This document shows positions 50,211 through 63,292 of a stretch of 64,000 bases of DNA, piece after piece (positions within the stretch are counted from its first letter, which is position 1; every line of letters begins with the position of its first letter). This stretch comes from Callorhinchus milii. Its lineage: Eukaryota. The translations under genes were made by a program, and so were the position numbers. The stretch spans positions 2,668,001 through 2,732,000 of the forward strand of contig NW_024704743.1 of the NCBI RefSeq assembly GCF_018977255.1. Reading direction: 5' to 3'. The notes beneath the pieces are model-generated. The model did not search any database, was not told where the DNA came from, and saw only the letters and a list, made by a program, of their open reading frames with translations.

Positions 50211-51585
50211 ACAATAATAACAACAACAACTTGGATTTATATAGCGCCCTCCACGCCAGACGGCGTCTCAGAGCGCTTCACAGTAACGGATCCCAGGGCC
50301 GAGCCGGGGGGAGGGGGAGGAGCCGGTGGGAGTGGGAGGGGGAGGGGGAGGAAGGTGACCAAAGGTACGGTCGAAAAGAAAGGTCTTCAGCTGAGACTTG
50401 AAAATGGGAAGCGAGGCGGAGAGGTGAAGGCAGTGAGGAAGGGAGTTCCAGAGCCTCGGGGCGTAGTGGCTGAAGGCACAGCCGCCGAGGGTGGAGTGGA
50501 GGACTCAGGGGACGAGGAGGAGGCCAGACCCGGAGGAACGAAGGCAACGGGTACTGTGCTGAGGAGAGAGGAGGTCAGAGAGGTCGGGGGGTGCAGAAGA
50601 GTGGAGGGATTTGAAGACAAAGGTGAGGATCTTGAAATCGATCCTCTCTGGGACAGGCAGCCAGTGCAGTCTGGCCAGGACTGGGGGATCGGGGAGCGGA
50701 GTTTGTTGCAGATGAGAATGCGGGCGGCAGAGTTTTGAATGATCTGGATTTTATGGAAGGTAGCGAATGGGAGACCGGCGAGGAGGGCGTTAGAATAGTT
50801 CAAAGGCATGGACCAGGGTTTCAGCGGCTTTTGGAGTGAGGTATTGGCGGAGACGGGCGATGCGTCAGAGGTGGAAGAAAGCGGTGCTGGTGAGGGACAG
50901 AATGTGGGGGTGAAAGAATAATTGGGGGTCGAACCTGACGCCGAGGTTGCGTACGGGTTCGGAGAGTTTTAGGGGGAGGTCGGGTATGTGGAGCAGGTGA
51001 GAACCGTGAGATTTTAGACGTTGATGAGAGCCAAAGAGTATGGCTTCCATCTTTGCAATGTTTAGCTGAAGGAAATTTGCGCTCATCCAGCCCCTGAGGT
51101 CTGACAGGCAGCTGACAGAACATCAGGGGACTGGGGGCGCAAAGAGAGGTGGAAAAATAGAGTTGGGTGTCGTCCGCGTACATGTGGAAGTGTACCCCAT
51201 GTCTGCGGATGACATCCCCAAGAGGGAGCATGTAGATCAGAAAGAGGAGGGGGCCAAGGATGGATCCTTGGGGTACCCGCAGGTGACCGGGTGAGAGCGG
51301 GAGGAGAAGCCGTTTGTGCAGATGTACTGCTGGCGGTTTGTGAGGTAGAACTCGAACCAGGCGAGTGCGGTCCCACTGAGGTGGATGACGGAGGAAAGGC
51401 GTTGGAGGAGGATGGCGTGATTGACTGTGTCGAACACGCTGGAGAGGTCCAGGAGGATAAGGAGGCAGAGGGAGCCCTGGTCACAGATAAAGAGGATGTC
51501 GTTTGTGACTTTCACAAGCGCAGTCTCTGTACTGTGGGCGGAAAAAAAACGGATTGGAGGGGTTCGAAGAGGGAATGGGAGGAGA
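50211..51585 (-). mobile_element. 5'-truncated L2-clade LINE with a frameshifted reverse transcriptase region
   Basis: RT motifs [30 protein letters not shown] and [25 protein letters not shown] (YADD at 51169-51180) are spread over several frames. The 3' end reads gcgctatataaatccaag(ttg)n. Confidence 0.92.
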
Positions 51586-52604
51586 GGTGTGTGCAACGTT
51601 GGTTGGCAACAATTTCACAAGGTAACGTCCAACAAATAGCCATGAAGTGAATGATCATTTTTGTCACCTGGGCAGGGCAGATTGCTGGCCAGGACACGGG
51701 GAGAAGAGACATCTCATCTGAAGCATTAGCCTAAAGCTGACGCTAAATTGGGTGCACAGATGCACAACGCCATAAAGACTGTAAACAGAGGAATAGAGCA
51801 CAGAAGCAGGGAAGTAATGTCACATTTATATAAAATCTTGGTTAGATAACATTTGAAGTACTGCAGAGTCCTGTAGCTCAGGGGTTAGAGCACTTGCCTC
51901 GTAAGCGAGAGACCTGGGTTCGATTCCCGGGTAGGGCGAAACTTTGGGCAAGTTTCCTTACCCCACATGCAAGGCAGGCGGAGGGAGTCTGGGATGGTGT
52001 TCTGGAGAGTAGGGGGCAGAATGGCAGAGAGCTTGCCCACTGATGGTGAGCAGAATGAGGCGAGAGACACGGACAAGCACATGGACAAGACTGCAACATT
52101 AACTGAGTGCTTCATTACTATGTGGCCAGGACCATTAGTCTGTAACTAGAAGGTTATTGCACTGAGGTCCCTTCAGGTCTGGCTCTAAGTGAACGAGCCC
52201 CATTCTGAATACTTGGTACAGCTTTAAATTATAATCATCCATGGCAAACTGGCAGAGCAAACCCTCCTGCTCACCCAGCGCAGATCAATATCATTCTGAA
52301 GATCATTTCAATTTTGATTTGCAGATTAAAATACAAATATCAAGTGAAATAATTAGTTGGGAATACTTGCTGCATAATTGAATGCAACATTCCTCAAACA
52401 ATGATTGCATTTTCTAATTTTCTGATTCATTCCCCATTCATTTACTTCATCAGGAGCCGTGACATGTAAGTAATGCCAATTGGACTGAAGCAGTTTCCCT
52501 GATGGTTCAGCTGGTAATCAAACTGCCCAGTGTTTAGATGAGCAACACCGCATCGCGCTGCAGTCTCAAGCACATTTCCAGCTCAGTTCACTGTAGTGTA
52601 GAGA

Positions 52605-52905
52605 TTACTGCGCTCACCTCACAAGCGAGGGGACCTGGGCTCGATTCCCGGTTGGGGAGAAACTTTAGGCAAATTTCCTTACTTTACCAGCAGTAAGTAG
52701 AAACCCTGTTGTTAGTCGACTGCTGGATCGCCTTCCGGGAGTAATAATCCCCCCACTCCAAAAAAATAGTTGGTCACTCAACCCACGGCTATTTGTAGGG
52801 ACGCTGCTGTGCGTAACTGGCTGCCGTGTTTCACCCACAAAACATACAGTCAATTCACTTTAGAGTATATTCTGTGAAGAGCTTTGAGACGTCTCGCAGA
52901 GGTGA
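52605..52905 (+). mobile_element. tRNA-derived SINE whose tail is interrupted by a CR1 fragment
   Basis: Head and core present. The tail resumes near 53067 (tgataaggcgctatgtcaaat). Confidence 0.75.
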
Positions 52906-53055
52906 TAAGATGGAGGTAGATAAATATTCGTACAGTCAGGGTATTAAGGCATATGAGGCAAGGGCGGGTAATTGGAGTTGAGGTACAGATCAGCCATGAT
53001 CTCATAGAATGGTGGAACAGGCTCAAGGGGCTGAATGGCCTACTCCATTTCCAAG
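52905..53055 (+). mobile_element. CR1-like LINE 3' fragment
   Basis: gagttgaggtacagatcagccatgatctcatagaatggtggaacaggctcaaggggctgaatggcctactcc, a typical CR1 3' UTR end. Confidence 0.6.
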
Positions 53056-53302
53056 ACTATGTATCTATGATAAGGCGCTATGTCAAATAAACACATTATT
53101 ATTAAAGTGTCAGAGAATCTGGCTCTGAACTTACGCTTTTCTTCTTTTAGCATTTCTGAACCTGCACATTTTGGACAATTCAAGCCATTTTTTTAAACAG
53201 AAAATAACAGAATGATGCAGCACACAAGCCATTTGGCCTAACTATCCCGCCTCAGTGTTTATACTCCACATGAACCTCCACCTTTCTAATCCTCTCTCCT
53301 AT

Positions 53303-53960
53303 AGGTAAGTGGGGTCTCCCTGGAGCTGAATTGGTTCCAAGGTAACATGCCTGGTAATGGAATGTTGGAATCGAGCCCCCCTTCTGTGACGGTTTCTAGT
53401 CCGGTTCTTGAGTTAGGCGGGTCCGCGCTATTCCAGGGCCTCTGCTGATGGCAGTCCAGCCTAGCTCATCGGCAGGATCTGGAAGGGCAGACCAGTCACT
53501 GGGGCAGCAAGTCATCCCACTCAGCTCCTATTAATCTTGCAAGCCAAAGCCTTAACGGGTAGGTTGGGCCTAGCTGGACAACAATAACAGCAAATTATAT
53601 TTGTACAGCGCCTTTCACGTCAGGAGGGCATTCCAAGGCACTGGACAAGCAACGGGAAAGCTTGACAGACAGCAATATCAATGCCAACCTTTGTGGTTTC
53701 AGCTGGTTAGACTCCAGCAGTTACCCCAGCACATTCTCTGGGGTACCCCAAGCCTTGGCTCTTGCCGATCTTTTCCTAACATCTTCCGGAATTGGGTGAG
53801 CAGGATGCATCCCTCCAGAGAGAATGCGTTCATTCCATTCCAACAATTTATCTCTGGGATTTCCGTGTGCAGGTGGGAGGCCTGGAATTCTCAGCTTGGT
53901 TTGGAGACTGTGGAGCAACGGTGATGGGTTTCCACATGTGTTGGATACCCAGCTGACTAG
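53303..53960 (+). mobile_element. Unclassified interspersed repeat 'family B', most complete copy
   Basis: Homologous copies at about 1395-1866, 3620-3870 (-), 11860-12325 (-), 22110-22265 (-), 27060-27250, 28610-29005 and 31048-31620. Orientation is arbitrary. Confidence 0.75.
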
Positions 53961-56900
53961 AACAATATATATTTATTAATAATCTTTGCATTTGATATGG
54001 TGCCTTATCACGTGATCAAGACGTCTCAAAGCGCTTCACAGGATATACTGTAAAGCGGTGTGACTGTTTATTTTGTGGGCGAACACGGCAGCCAATTTGG
54101 ACACAGCAGTGTCCCACAAACAGCTATGGACTGAATGACCAGTTTCATATGTGTGTGGTTGGGTGGGGGGGGGGGGGAGTTAGGAATGACAGAGAGATAG
54201 ATAGGAAGGCTACGTGAGGGAAACTTGAAACCTGTATGGGAAGATATGTGGGTACAGGTTGTCAATATCATTGAGAGTTGGGGTACAGATTTGGTAAGAG
54301 ATGGACACAGGGTCTCAGTCATTAATTGGAGAGCTCAGGTACAGGTAGACACAGGACACCAGCCAATAAGGTGATGGAAACCCTCTAATATATCCAACTT
54401 TGCTCTTTTGTGTGTTTCAAATTTGTATTTTTACAGGAGTGAGAAAAAGGAATCATTGGCAATTGCCATGTATTCCCTGCTGCCCCTCAGTAGCTAACAG
54501 GAAAGGCCACAATTAAACAGTCTCAGTTAGAAACGCCTGCCTTCAAACTTGGCAGCGAAGGGTTGTGATTGGAGATACAGCTCTGTGGGTAATTACTGAT
54601 GAAGGTTTAGCTGCTGGTTGGCACCAAGATCACTACAGAAGAGAATAATATTCCTTGCATTTGATATAACACCTTATCACATCTTTGAGACATCTCAAAG
54701 CACTTCCCAGAATAGACTGTAAAGAGAATTGACTGAATATTTCTGGGCGAAACGTGGCAGCCAATTGCGCACAGCAACGTCCCCACAAACAGTCGTGGAT
54801 TGAAGTTTGTTAATAAAAAAAGTGATCTCTCAATCCACAGGCAATATCCACACCTAACAGCCTGGAGGCTGAGTAACTCAGAAACCAGTGTTTGCCAAAC
54901 TTTCAGGTATTTCACCCAATCTCTAGAGCTCCATCTCTCCACCTCACATCCTCCATACCTATTTTCAAATCTCACCTTAAAACCTACCTCTTCAACTGTG
55001 CCTACGGTGACCTCTGCCTCCTGTTCCTTCCTACCCTGATGTTATCCACCTGAAGGGCGCTATAAACATGTATGTTGTTAAAGGTGCTGTATACATATAT
55101 GTTGTAAGTGAGACAAAATTGTTGTGTTTCAATCTCACACTAATTTGACATTCGTTTCACACCTACTTTGAAAGTCCCATGTGTGTAACTTTATCAAATG
55201 CCTTTTGTAAATCAAAATTAAATTGGGCCACTGGATAGCTGTCTTACATTTGTTCAGTCACTTAAACATTTGAGTAGATTTGGGAGACATTTTTGCCTAT
55301 TTCTTGTCATGTCTGAAATTTCTAGGTGAGATTCCTGTATAATTGTCTCTAGAATGTTACAGATGTTAGGCTTAAGTGCTCCATAATTTATGAACTTGTA
55401 TCTTAAAGAAAGAGAATTCAAGCAGGGGAATGGAATCAATCATCTTTATCGATAGAGAGATAGTGTAAAATGAAGAGCCACATATTCTCAAGGGTACTTG
55501 CCCCCAATGACTATATATATATCTATTTTATAGATTGGGTATTAAGCATCTGACAATTTGTGTTGTAACATTCTGCCACTGGATTGCAAGGAAGACAGTG
55601 GTCTATTCATTCTAAAACAACAGGTCTGTGTTTCAACATTGCAGTCGTCTCAATACTCTTGTCAAGTGTCAGCCTGGCTCAGTTGGTAACACTCTCACCT
55701 CTGAGTAACAAGATTGTGGAGTTCCCTAGCGTACTGGTTAGAGCGCTCGCCTCACAGGTGAGAGGACCCGGGTTTGATTCCCGGCCAGGACCAGACATCA
55801 GACAAGTTTCCTTTCTCAACACATCTGTTTTAGTATTAATAATAATTCTTCCATTTGATATACAGTATATTCTGAGAAGCACTTTGAGACGTCTCGATGA
55901 TATGATAAAAGTTCTACATCAAATACAAAGATGGTAATTATAAATGCAGGTTGTTGTTATGGTTTGAAAGCCAGTTTTCCAAGCTCCCAAACAAAAAAGT
56001 GGAAAATCAGCTTTCAAATTAAATCTGGGTTTAAGACCGCTCCCCAAAACTGCACCCGATATTAAACGTTAAAGCAGAGGTTTGAAGCTTGAGAACACGT
56101 GGAAATCTCAGGCCTTTGGGATGTGATTGAGAAAGAATCGCTCTCATGCAGAGAGACCGAGTAAAGAAAAGGCATTCATTGACGGAAGGTTGGGGCAGTG
56201 GGAAAGATGTTATTGGTGCATTACAGAGGCAATTGGCAGCACAGCACTTTGGGCTTTTACAAAAGCTGCTGAGTGTTGTTCTATTTGTAAAGCTATAATT
56301 TGCAGCTCTGCACGCCTTTGGACGAGGGAGGTTTTTTTTCATTATTATAAGACTTAACAAAAGTGCAGTTTGTTACATAGCTTTGGAATGCGAGCTCAGC
56401 AGGTGATGAAAGGGAAGCTGACTCGTTAGGTGGGCTGCTCACTGTTCACACACTGGAATTGTCACTTTGACAGTAATATGTTTTCAGTCGATTCCTTTTG
56501 AGGGGCATTCCGTTAATGAAAAAANTGCCCAATTCGAGGGACCATTTTGCTCAGCTTTCCTTTCGCCCCCTCAACACACACTCCCCCCTGCCCACACATA
56601 CACTCCCCACCCCAAACACAGTCCCCCTCAACACACACACCCCCACCACAAATACAGTCCCCCACCAACACAGACTCCCCCCTGCCCAAACACGCACACA
56701 TTTCTCCTCCCACCTCTCGCTCCGCCCCCTCCACCCATCCTCCATTCATTCCTAATTCCGCAATGTTTAACGGGAGCAAATGAATAAAATAATGCAATCT
56801 GCTTGTCAGGGAACATCCCAATTCTGAGCTTCTCACTGCACCAAAACCACACACCAGGCGTTTAACACACTGTCCTGATCAATATACAGAATGTAACATA

Positions 56901-57174
56901 TGCAAGACTGAAAATTATATTGAAAATAACAGGCAGCAGGAAGTGATTAGCAGGTAGTATTCTCAGCAAGTGTTTCTGTTGATATAAACATCAAAGGCAG
57001 GACTTGGGCAGTTTAGAACCATCTCCCAGCCCCACCTGGAATTACAACTCCATATCACATCAGAAAACAATTCAGCACAGACGGAGGTCACTCAGCCCAA
57101 GGTCATACAGTCCATGGTCATTCACATAGTCATTCATGGTTCTCTGTAAAAGGAACGTGTTCATCCCAGTCTAT

Positions 57175-57500
57175 AATAATAATAATCCTTGCAGTTGATA
57201 TAACGCCTTATCCTGTTGTTGGAACGTCTCAAACGCTTCACTGGAAACACTATACAGAGTGAATTGACTAAACTCCCTTTCTGAATAAAGAAGCTTTTTG
57301 AATAAAGCCACAGAATCTTTTAATGTCCACCTAAACAGGCAGGACCTCGGTTTAACATCTCATCCGAAGGACGGCACCTCCCCACAATGCAACTCCCCCC
57401 CCCAGTGCTGCATTGGAGCATCATCTTAGACTGTGTGATTCCAAATCCTGACGGATGGGTTTGAACTCACAACCTCCTGATTCAGAAGCAAGAGAGCGAG
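57175..57500 (-). mobile_element. Older DeuSINE-like element
   Basis: aatcttttaatgtccacctaaacaggcaggacctcggtttaacatctcatccgaaggacggcacctc. Related copies at about 15465-15845 (-), 28210-28545 (+) and 58130-58500 (-). Confidence 0.7.
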
Positions 57501-58499
57501 CAACCCACTGCGATGGTCTGACACACGATGGCCTTTTCCCCAAACCCTCTTCTATATTTATTTTATCATCCATTCACAGGGAAACTCTACCATAGCGCCT
57601 TTCATTGCAGCTCTACCTCACTCATAGCACAGGTCTCTGTGCTTCCTTTCCCACCCTGACAGACGTGATAAGGTGTTGTATCAAATGCAAGGATTATTAT
57701 TATTATATTGTAAGGTCACGAAATTGGCCCCATGTGTTCATTAGCAGCATCGCAATATCACAATAATAATTTTGATAATTTCATGCTTTGCTAATATTGA
57801 TTTTGACAGCACTGGAAGGTCAAAGCTATGATTAAAGTGGAGAAGTGATCCTGAATTACTAATAAGGCTGAGCTGGGAATACTTATCCCCCTACATCTTA
57901 CATTTTTGGCTTCTTTTACCTCCTGCATTCCAATCCAGCCGTGTCACTGTAACCCAGGGGCAAGCCACCAAATAATGATAATAATAATAATCCCTGAGCG
58001 TGTAATCCTGGTACAGCGACTTGTGATAGGATGTCAAAAAAACCTTCACAGGATATGCTGGAAAGTGCAATGGACTCACTTTAGAAGCAGCTTGAAGCTG
58101 ATGACTCAGAGATGTTGGGTTTTGTGACGGGCGCTATATAAATACACTGTTGTTGTTGTTGTGACTGTGTGTTTTGTAAGCAAACTTTACAGCAATTTAC
58201 ACACTGTGATATCCCACAAACAGTTATGAAGAGAATGCCCTTTTTTTTTAAATCTAGACAATTGTCAGCCAGGACACTGGCAGAGATTCCCTTCTCTTTT
58301 CAAACTTTGCTGCGGGATCTTTCACATCAACCTGAACAGGAAGATGGAGCCTCGGTTTAATGTCTGATGCGCAGGACAACACCTCTAACAATATTGCACA
58401 CCCCCAGCCCAGCATTGGGGTGTCAGCCTGGACTATCTGAATCCTGAGTCCTGATGTTAGGAGTTGAACTCGTAAGCTTTCGACTCACTGCTGAGTTGC

Positions 58500-58805
58500 T
58501 CATATCAACCTCTCCGCTCCCTCCGCTCGGCAGACACGGGTCTACTCCAGGTCCCCAGCACTTCCCGAACTCTATCCCGCAGTCTCTCCACCTTACCCCC
58601 TCTCTCTTGCCTCCTTCAAGTCCCATCTAAAGACCTTCCTCTTCGACCGTACTTTCGGTCACCTTTCACCACCCTCCCCACACCCAATCCTCCACCCCTC
58701 CTGACCCCAACTCCCAGCTCGGGTCCAAAACCGCTGATTATCCAGCGCCCTGGGACGTCTTTCTGACATGAAGGGAGGGTGTCAGTTGTTGTTGTGGTTG
58801 TTGCT
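58500..58805 (+). mobile_element. L2-like LINE 3' fragment
   Basis: ccttcaagtcccatctaaagaccttcctcttcgaccgt...cagcgccctgggacgtc...(gtt)n, homologous to the reverse complement of about 50220-50520. Confidence 0.65.
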
Positions 58806-60554
58806 GAGATTGAGCCAGCCTGACACACAAGTCAAGTTATTCTGTACTTTGTCCACCCATCTCACACTCGAGTCACCTGGATCAGTGCATTGTGATGGCT
58901 GGGATCAGGGTATCATCTGCCTACAATATAATAACCTTCGGTTTTGCATTTAAATTGCCTTAGAAGTGGCGAGAGCCTCCTTTATATCACTGGCACATCA
59001 CATTTCCTCATCACGGACTTCAGTCTCGTTTCAGAGATAAATCAAAATATCCGACCAGATTTTCAGCAAAATAATTGTTGCTTAAACACTCACGCTCGGA
59101 CCTTTCTGCAGCAAGGTGAAGCAGTTAAAGTTTTTAATGTTTAATATTCCTGCTTCGGGGAAGGGGAGGAAACCGTTCTTAATAATAATGATAATAATCC
59201 TTGCATTTGATATAGCATTTTATCACGTACTCTAACTCACAAACGAGAGGCCAATGGGTTTGTGGCTCAATGCGCTCTCTGAAAATTTAAGTGCGATTTT
59301 CGATTCACTGGCAGAGTCCTGCACTTCGCTAATTGGTTATTAAGGTATATTATTGCCACTGTATTATAGCTTGTAATTATTGACAGACTAACGTGATTAT
59401 CGTGGGACCATCTGATTTAGGTTACATGCTCAGGCAGATACTGAACTGCTGCATTATACACAGAGCAATAATAACAATAATAATCCTGTCATTTAACCCA
59501 GCGCCTTATCACGCCTTCGAGACGTCTCAAAGCACTTCACTGTCAAGTGTAGTGACTGTGTGTTTTGTGGGCAAAACGCGGCAGCCAATCTGCACTGTTC
59601 AAAAAGAGAAGGGAGATTCTCTCAATGTCTTGGCTAACAATCTCCGAGATAACAAGATTGTTCACTCCGTGGCTTGTTGTGGGACACAGCTGTGCAACTT
59701 CACCTACAAAACACAGTCACTGTACTCTACAGTAAAATCCTGTAAAGTACTTTGAAACATCTCAGTGATATGCCAAGTGAGAGTGGGAACATTCAGCAAC
59801 TATATCAGAGAGAATGCTGAGCGTCAATGGAGCAGAAATATATATCGCAGCAGATGTAGAAATGCTATGCGCTCAGAAATAATAATAATATTATTCCTTG
59901 CAGTTGATAAAGCACTGGATCATATCATTAAGACATCTAAAATGCTTCACAGTATTTTACCGGGAAGTGCAGTGACTGTGTTGTTGCAGGTGGGCGCAGG
60001 TGTCTTTGGGTAGACGTATTATTGTCGTTCAGAAGCGAAATGCTCTTTTGCATGTCAACATTTTTGATACAATAATTGGTTTGTTAAGTGTTTCACTGTA
60101 TTTTCAGAGATTATTAATAATATAACTAATAATATAATTATTAACAATGATAACTAATGAAGAAGAACTCTCTCATTGCAACCACTGTGTCTGAACACAA
60201 GCTTCTATTTCCTTTTATTTATTGCTCCAAATAACACTGTTCTCTAAGCTTTGTGGCTGTTTTCTGGGGCAGGACTGCCGGCTGCTGTGTTTGGCTGGCT
60301 CCTGTACAATTTAATGTGTCTGCTTGGAGTTTTATTGAGGTTATCATCATAATCTTATATTAAAAAGAACTAAAAGAACTTTGAAGATGTTCTCTAAATC
60401 AGTTTGAAAATCGGGAAAAAAAGAGAACAATGTAATTTAGTTAATTTCTACTGTTTTTTCATCCCCTTCATGTCGCAGGCTCGGTTCTGGATGGTAATGT
60501 TGTGAGTCTCAGGTCAGCAATTAAGCTCTGGAACTAAAGACCTAAGTAAATGAC

Positions 60555-60850
60555 ACAGACTATACTGTAAAGTGAATTGACTGTATATTTTGTGGGGAAA
60601 ACGTGGCAGCCAGTTGAGCGCCGCCGCGTCCCGCAAACAGTCGTGAAAATATTATTTTTTTTAAGGGATTATTACCCCCAGAAAAGCGATCTGCCAGTTG
60701 ATTAACAAGTGGGTTCCTACTTATTGCTAGATGAACAGAGGCGTGAGTGTGGAGTAGGGAAACGTGCCCAATGTTTCGCCCTGCCTGGAACCAAACCCAG
60801 GTCTCTCACTTGTGATGAGAGTCTCTAATCACTGAGCTACACGACTCCAC
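60555..60850 (-). mobile_element. tRNA-derived SINE lacking its tail
   Basis: Head at 60850, core at about 60560-60650. Confidence 0.8.
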
Positions 60851-61024
60851 TTTGAAAAAAAGGTGAACTGTAAAGGGTTCTAAAGCTCCAAAATTTGCAG
60901 GTGATCTTAGACTGATAGAGGCTTTTGAACAAGTTTATATTAAACTTGAATATTGTGCGGAATTGTAAAGATTGTTAAGTTCAGTGTTGATTTGGATGAG
61001 ACGGTTCTTTTAAGAACTGCGGAA

Positions 61025-61499
61025 AACTGAGCCTCGAGACTGTGAGACACTGAGCCTCGAGACTGTGAAGACACTGAGCCTCGAGACTGAGACACTGAAC
61101 ATCGAGACTGTGAGACACTGAGTCTCGAGACTGTGAAGACACTGAGCCTCGAGACTGAAACACTGAGTCTCGAGACTGAGACACTGAGCCTCGAGACTGA
61201 GACACTGAGCCTCGAGACTGTGAGACACTGAGCCTCGAGACTGAGACACTGAACATCGAGACTGTGAGACACTGAGTCTCGAGACTGTGAAGACACTGAG
61301 CCTCGAGACTGAAACACTGAGTCTCGAGACTGAGACACTGAGCCTCGAGACTGAGACACTGAGCCTCGAGACTGTGAGACACTGAGCCTCGAGACTGAGA
61401 CACTGAACATCGAGACTGTGAGACACTGAGCCTCGAGACTGAGACACTGAACCTCGAGACTGAGACACTGAGCCTCGAGACTGAGACACTGAACCTCGA
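61025..61499. repeat. 21-24 bp minisatellite (GAGACACTGAGCCTCGAGACT[GT]) with a 154-bp higher-order period
   Basis: The variant gaacatcgag recurs at 61097, 61251 and 61405. Confidence 0.95.
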
Positions 61500-62099
61500 C
61501 CCTCAAATCACACCTGGTACCTGGTCGCAGCGAAAGTGGGGGTTGAACGCAGGAGAGATTTTGCTTTGGATTCTCAGCTGGTTTCACTCTGAACCTGAGA
61601 TCCCCTGAGGCTGGAGCTGCCTGTGTCTGTCACATGGCTTGATACACGCTCGGCGCCCAGGGCCTCTGCGCTCAGATTCCATCACCACCAATTTGTTTCT
61701 TGGGAGAAGAAAATGACTGTTGACGGAAAGGTTTTCAGGAGAGGTTTTTCTCATGTTACTCAGGTGTTTGGGGGTGGGGGTTTCAATGCCCCAGACACAA
61801 ACACAGAGACATAAACACAATGGGTTTCCAGGCACAAACCAATATGTATCAGTGCGTTCACTTTGAAGGGTTCTCTCTCGATATATCTCAGTGTGAAGGG
61901 CTGTATGTTGTCTCTCTTTTTCTCTCTGTCTCTCTCTCTGAGGGGCTGTGCTCTCCCTGGGGTTGGTGGGGGTGGTTGAGGGATGGGGGGCAGGCAGCAA
62001 GCCTGTGTTAGCTGAGCGAAGGGGGCAGGCACAAGAGTGGAGTATGAGTAGGTCAGAGAGGTGAGGTTTGGGGTTGTTGGGTGTTAGGGATTTGTAGAT

Positions 62100-62490
62100 C
62101 CTATAGCTTTGGGGTTAGAGCCCTGGCCTCGCAAGCGAGAGGACCTGCGTTTAATTCCCGGGCAGGTCAGAGCGAAACCTTAGGTAAGTTTCCTTACTCC
62201 ACACACATGCCTCTGTTTACCAGCAGTAAGTAGGAACATGGTTGTCAGTCGTTTGGCGGATCACTTTCCTGGGGGTAATAATCCCTCCCAAAAATAAATA
62301 AATAAATAAATAATTTGGTCACTCAATCCATGATTGTTTGTGGGGACGCTGCTGTGCACAATTGGCTGCCATGTTTCGCCCACAAAATATACAGTCACTA
62401 CACTTTACAGTGTGTCCTGTTAAGCGCTTTTAGATGTCTCGAAGACGTGATAAGGCGCTGTATCAAATGCCAGGCTTATTGTTATTAATA
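62100..62490 (+). mobile_element. tRNA-derived SINE, full length
   Basis: Head, core and tail present. Confidence 0.85.
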
Positions 62491-62919
62491 AGTGAGGCAG
62501 CTCCACCAGCAGATGAGCTGAACAGTAACAGTAAGGATTTCCTGAGGAGCCACTGCCTGTATGAACCCGCTGTGATGTGGGTCAGTGCCAACGCTGGATT
62601 GATTTCTCTCATCTAACACTACAGCCGTGACTTACTATCACTGAGCGAGTGCCTGAGAAGCTGATAATTAAGACATCAACACCAAATAGCACTTTGAGAA
62701 ACTAAAGCCCACAACAATAGACAGCACTGCTGACCTCCAGCCAGCCTGCTGTGGTGTGGGCCTGTATCTGTGTCCACCCACACCCCCACCCCCACCACTC
62801 ACCTCCCTGTTACTGCAAGAATGATTCGAAATATCATAAAGGCTATTTCCAGTGTTCCGCTAATGTATAGAGCCAGCAATCTCTCTTACACTACCTCCCC
62901 ACCACAGGCTCCAGCATCT

Positions 62920-63292
62920 ATAATAACAATAATAATCTTTGCATTTGATACAGCGCCTGATCACGTCTTCGAGACGTCTCAAAGCGCTTCACAGGATACA
63001 CTGTAAAGTGAATTGACTGCATATTTTATGGGCGAAACTTGGCAGCCATTTGCACACAGCAGCGTCCCCACAAACAGTCGTGGATTGAGTGACCAAATTA
63101 TTATTATTTTTTTTGAAGGAATTATTATCCCCGGATCCGCCAATCGATTAACAACCGGTTCCTATTTATTGCTAGGTAACCAGAGGGGTGTGGAGTAAAG
63201 ACATTTGCCCAATATTTCGGCCTGCTGGGAACCGAACCCAGGTTTCTCGCTTGCGAGGCGAGTGCTCTAACCCCCGAGCTACAGAACTCCAC
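62920..63292 (-). mobile_element. tRNA-derived SINE, full length
   Basis: Head, core and tail present. Confidence 0.85.

Noticed and set aside
50821..51596. Intact or domesticated reverse transcriptase gene
   Set aside because: It has multiple frameshifts, an apparent internal deletion and 5' truncation, so it is a dead L2 copy.
56525..56525. Single N base
   Set aside because: An assembly ambiguity or contig join, not biology. Local contiguity should be treated with caution.
61025..61499. CRISPR-like array with palindromic repeats
   Set aside because: Units are head to tail with no unique spacers, there are no cas genes, and the context is a vertebrate intron. The same applies to 20400-21381.
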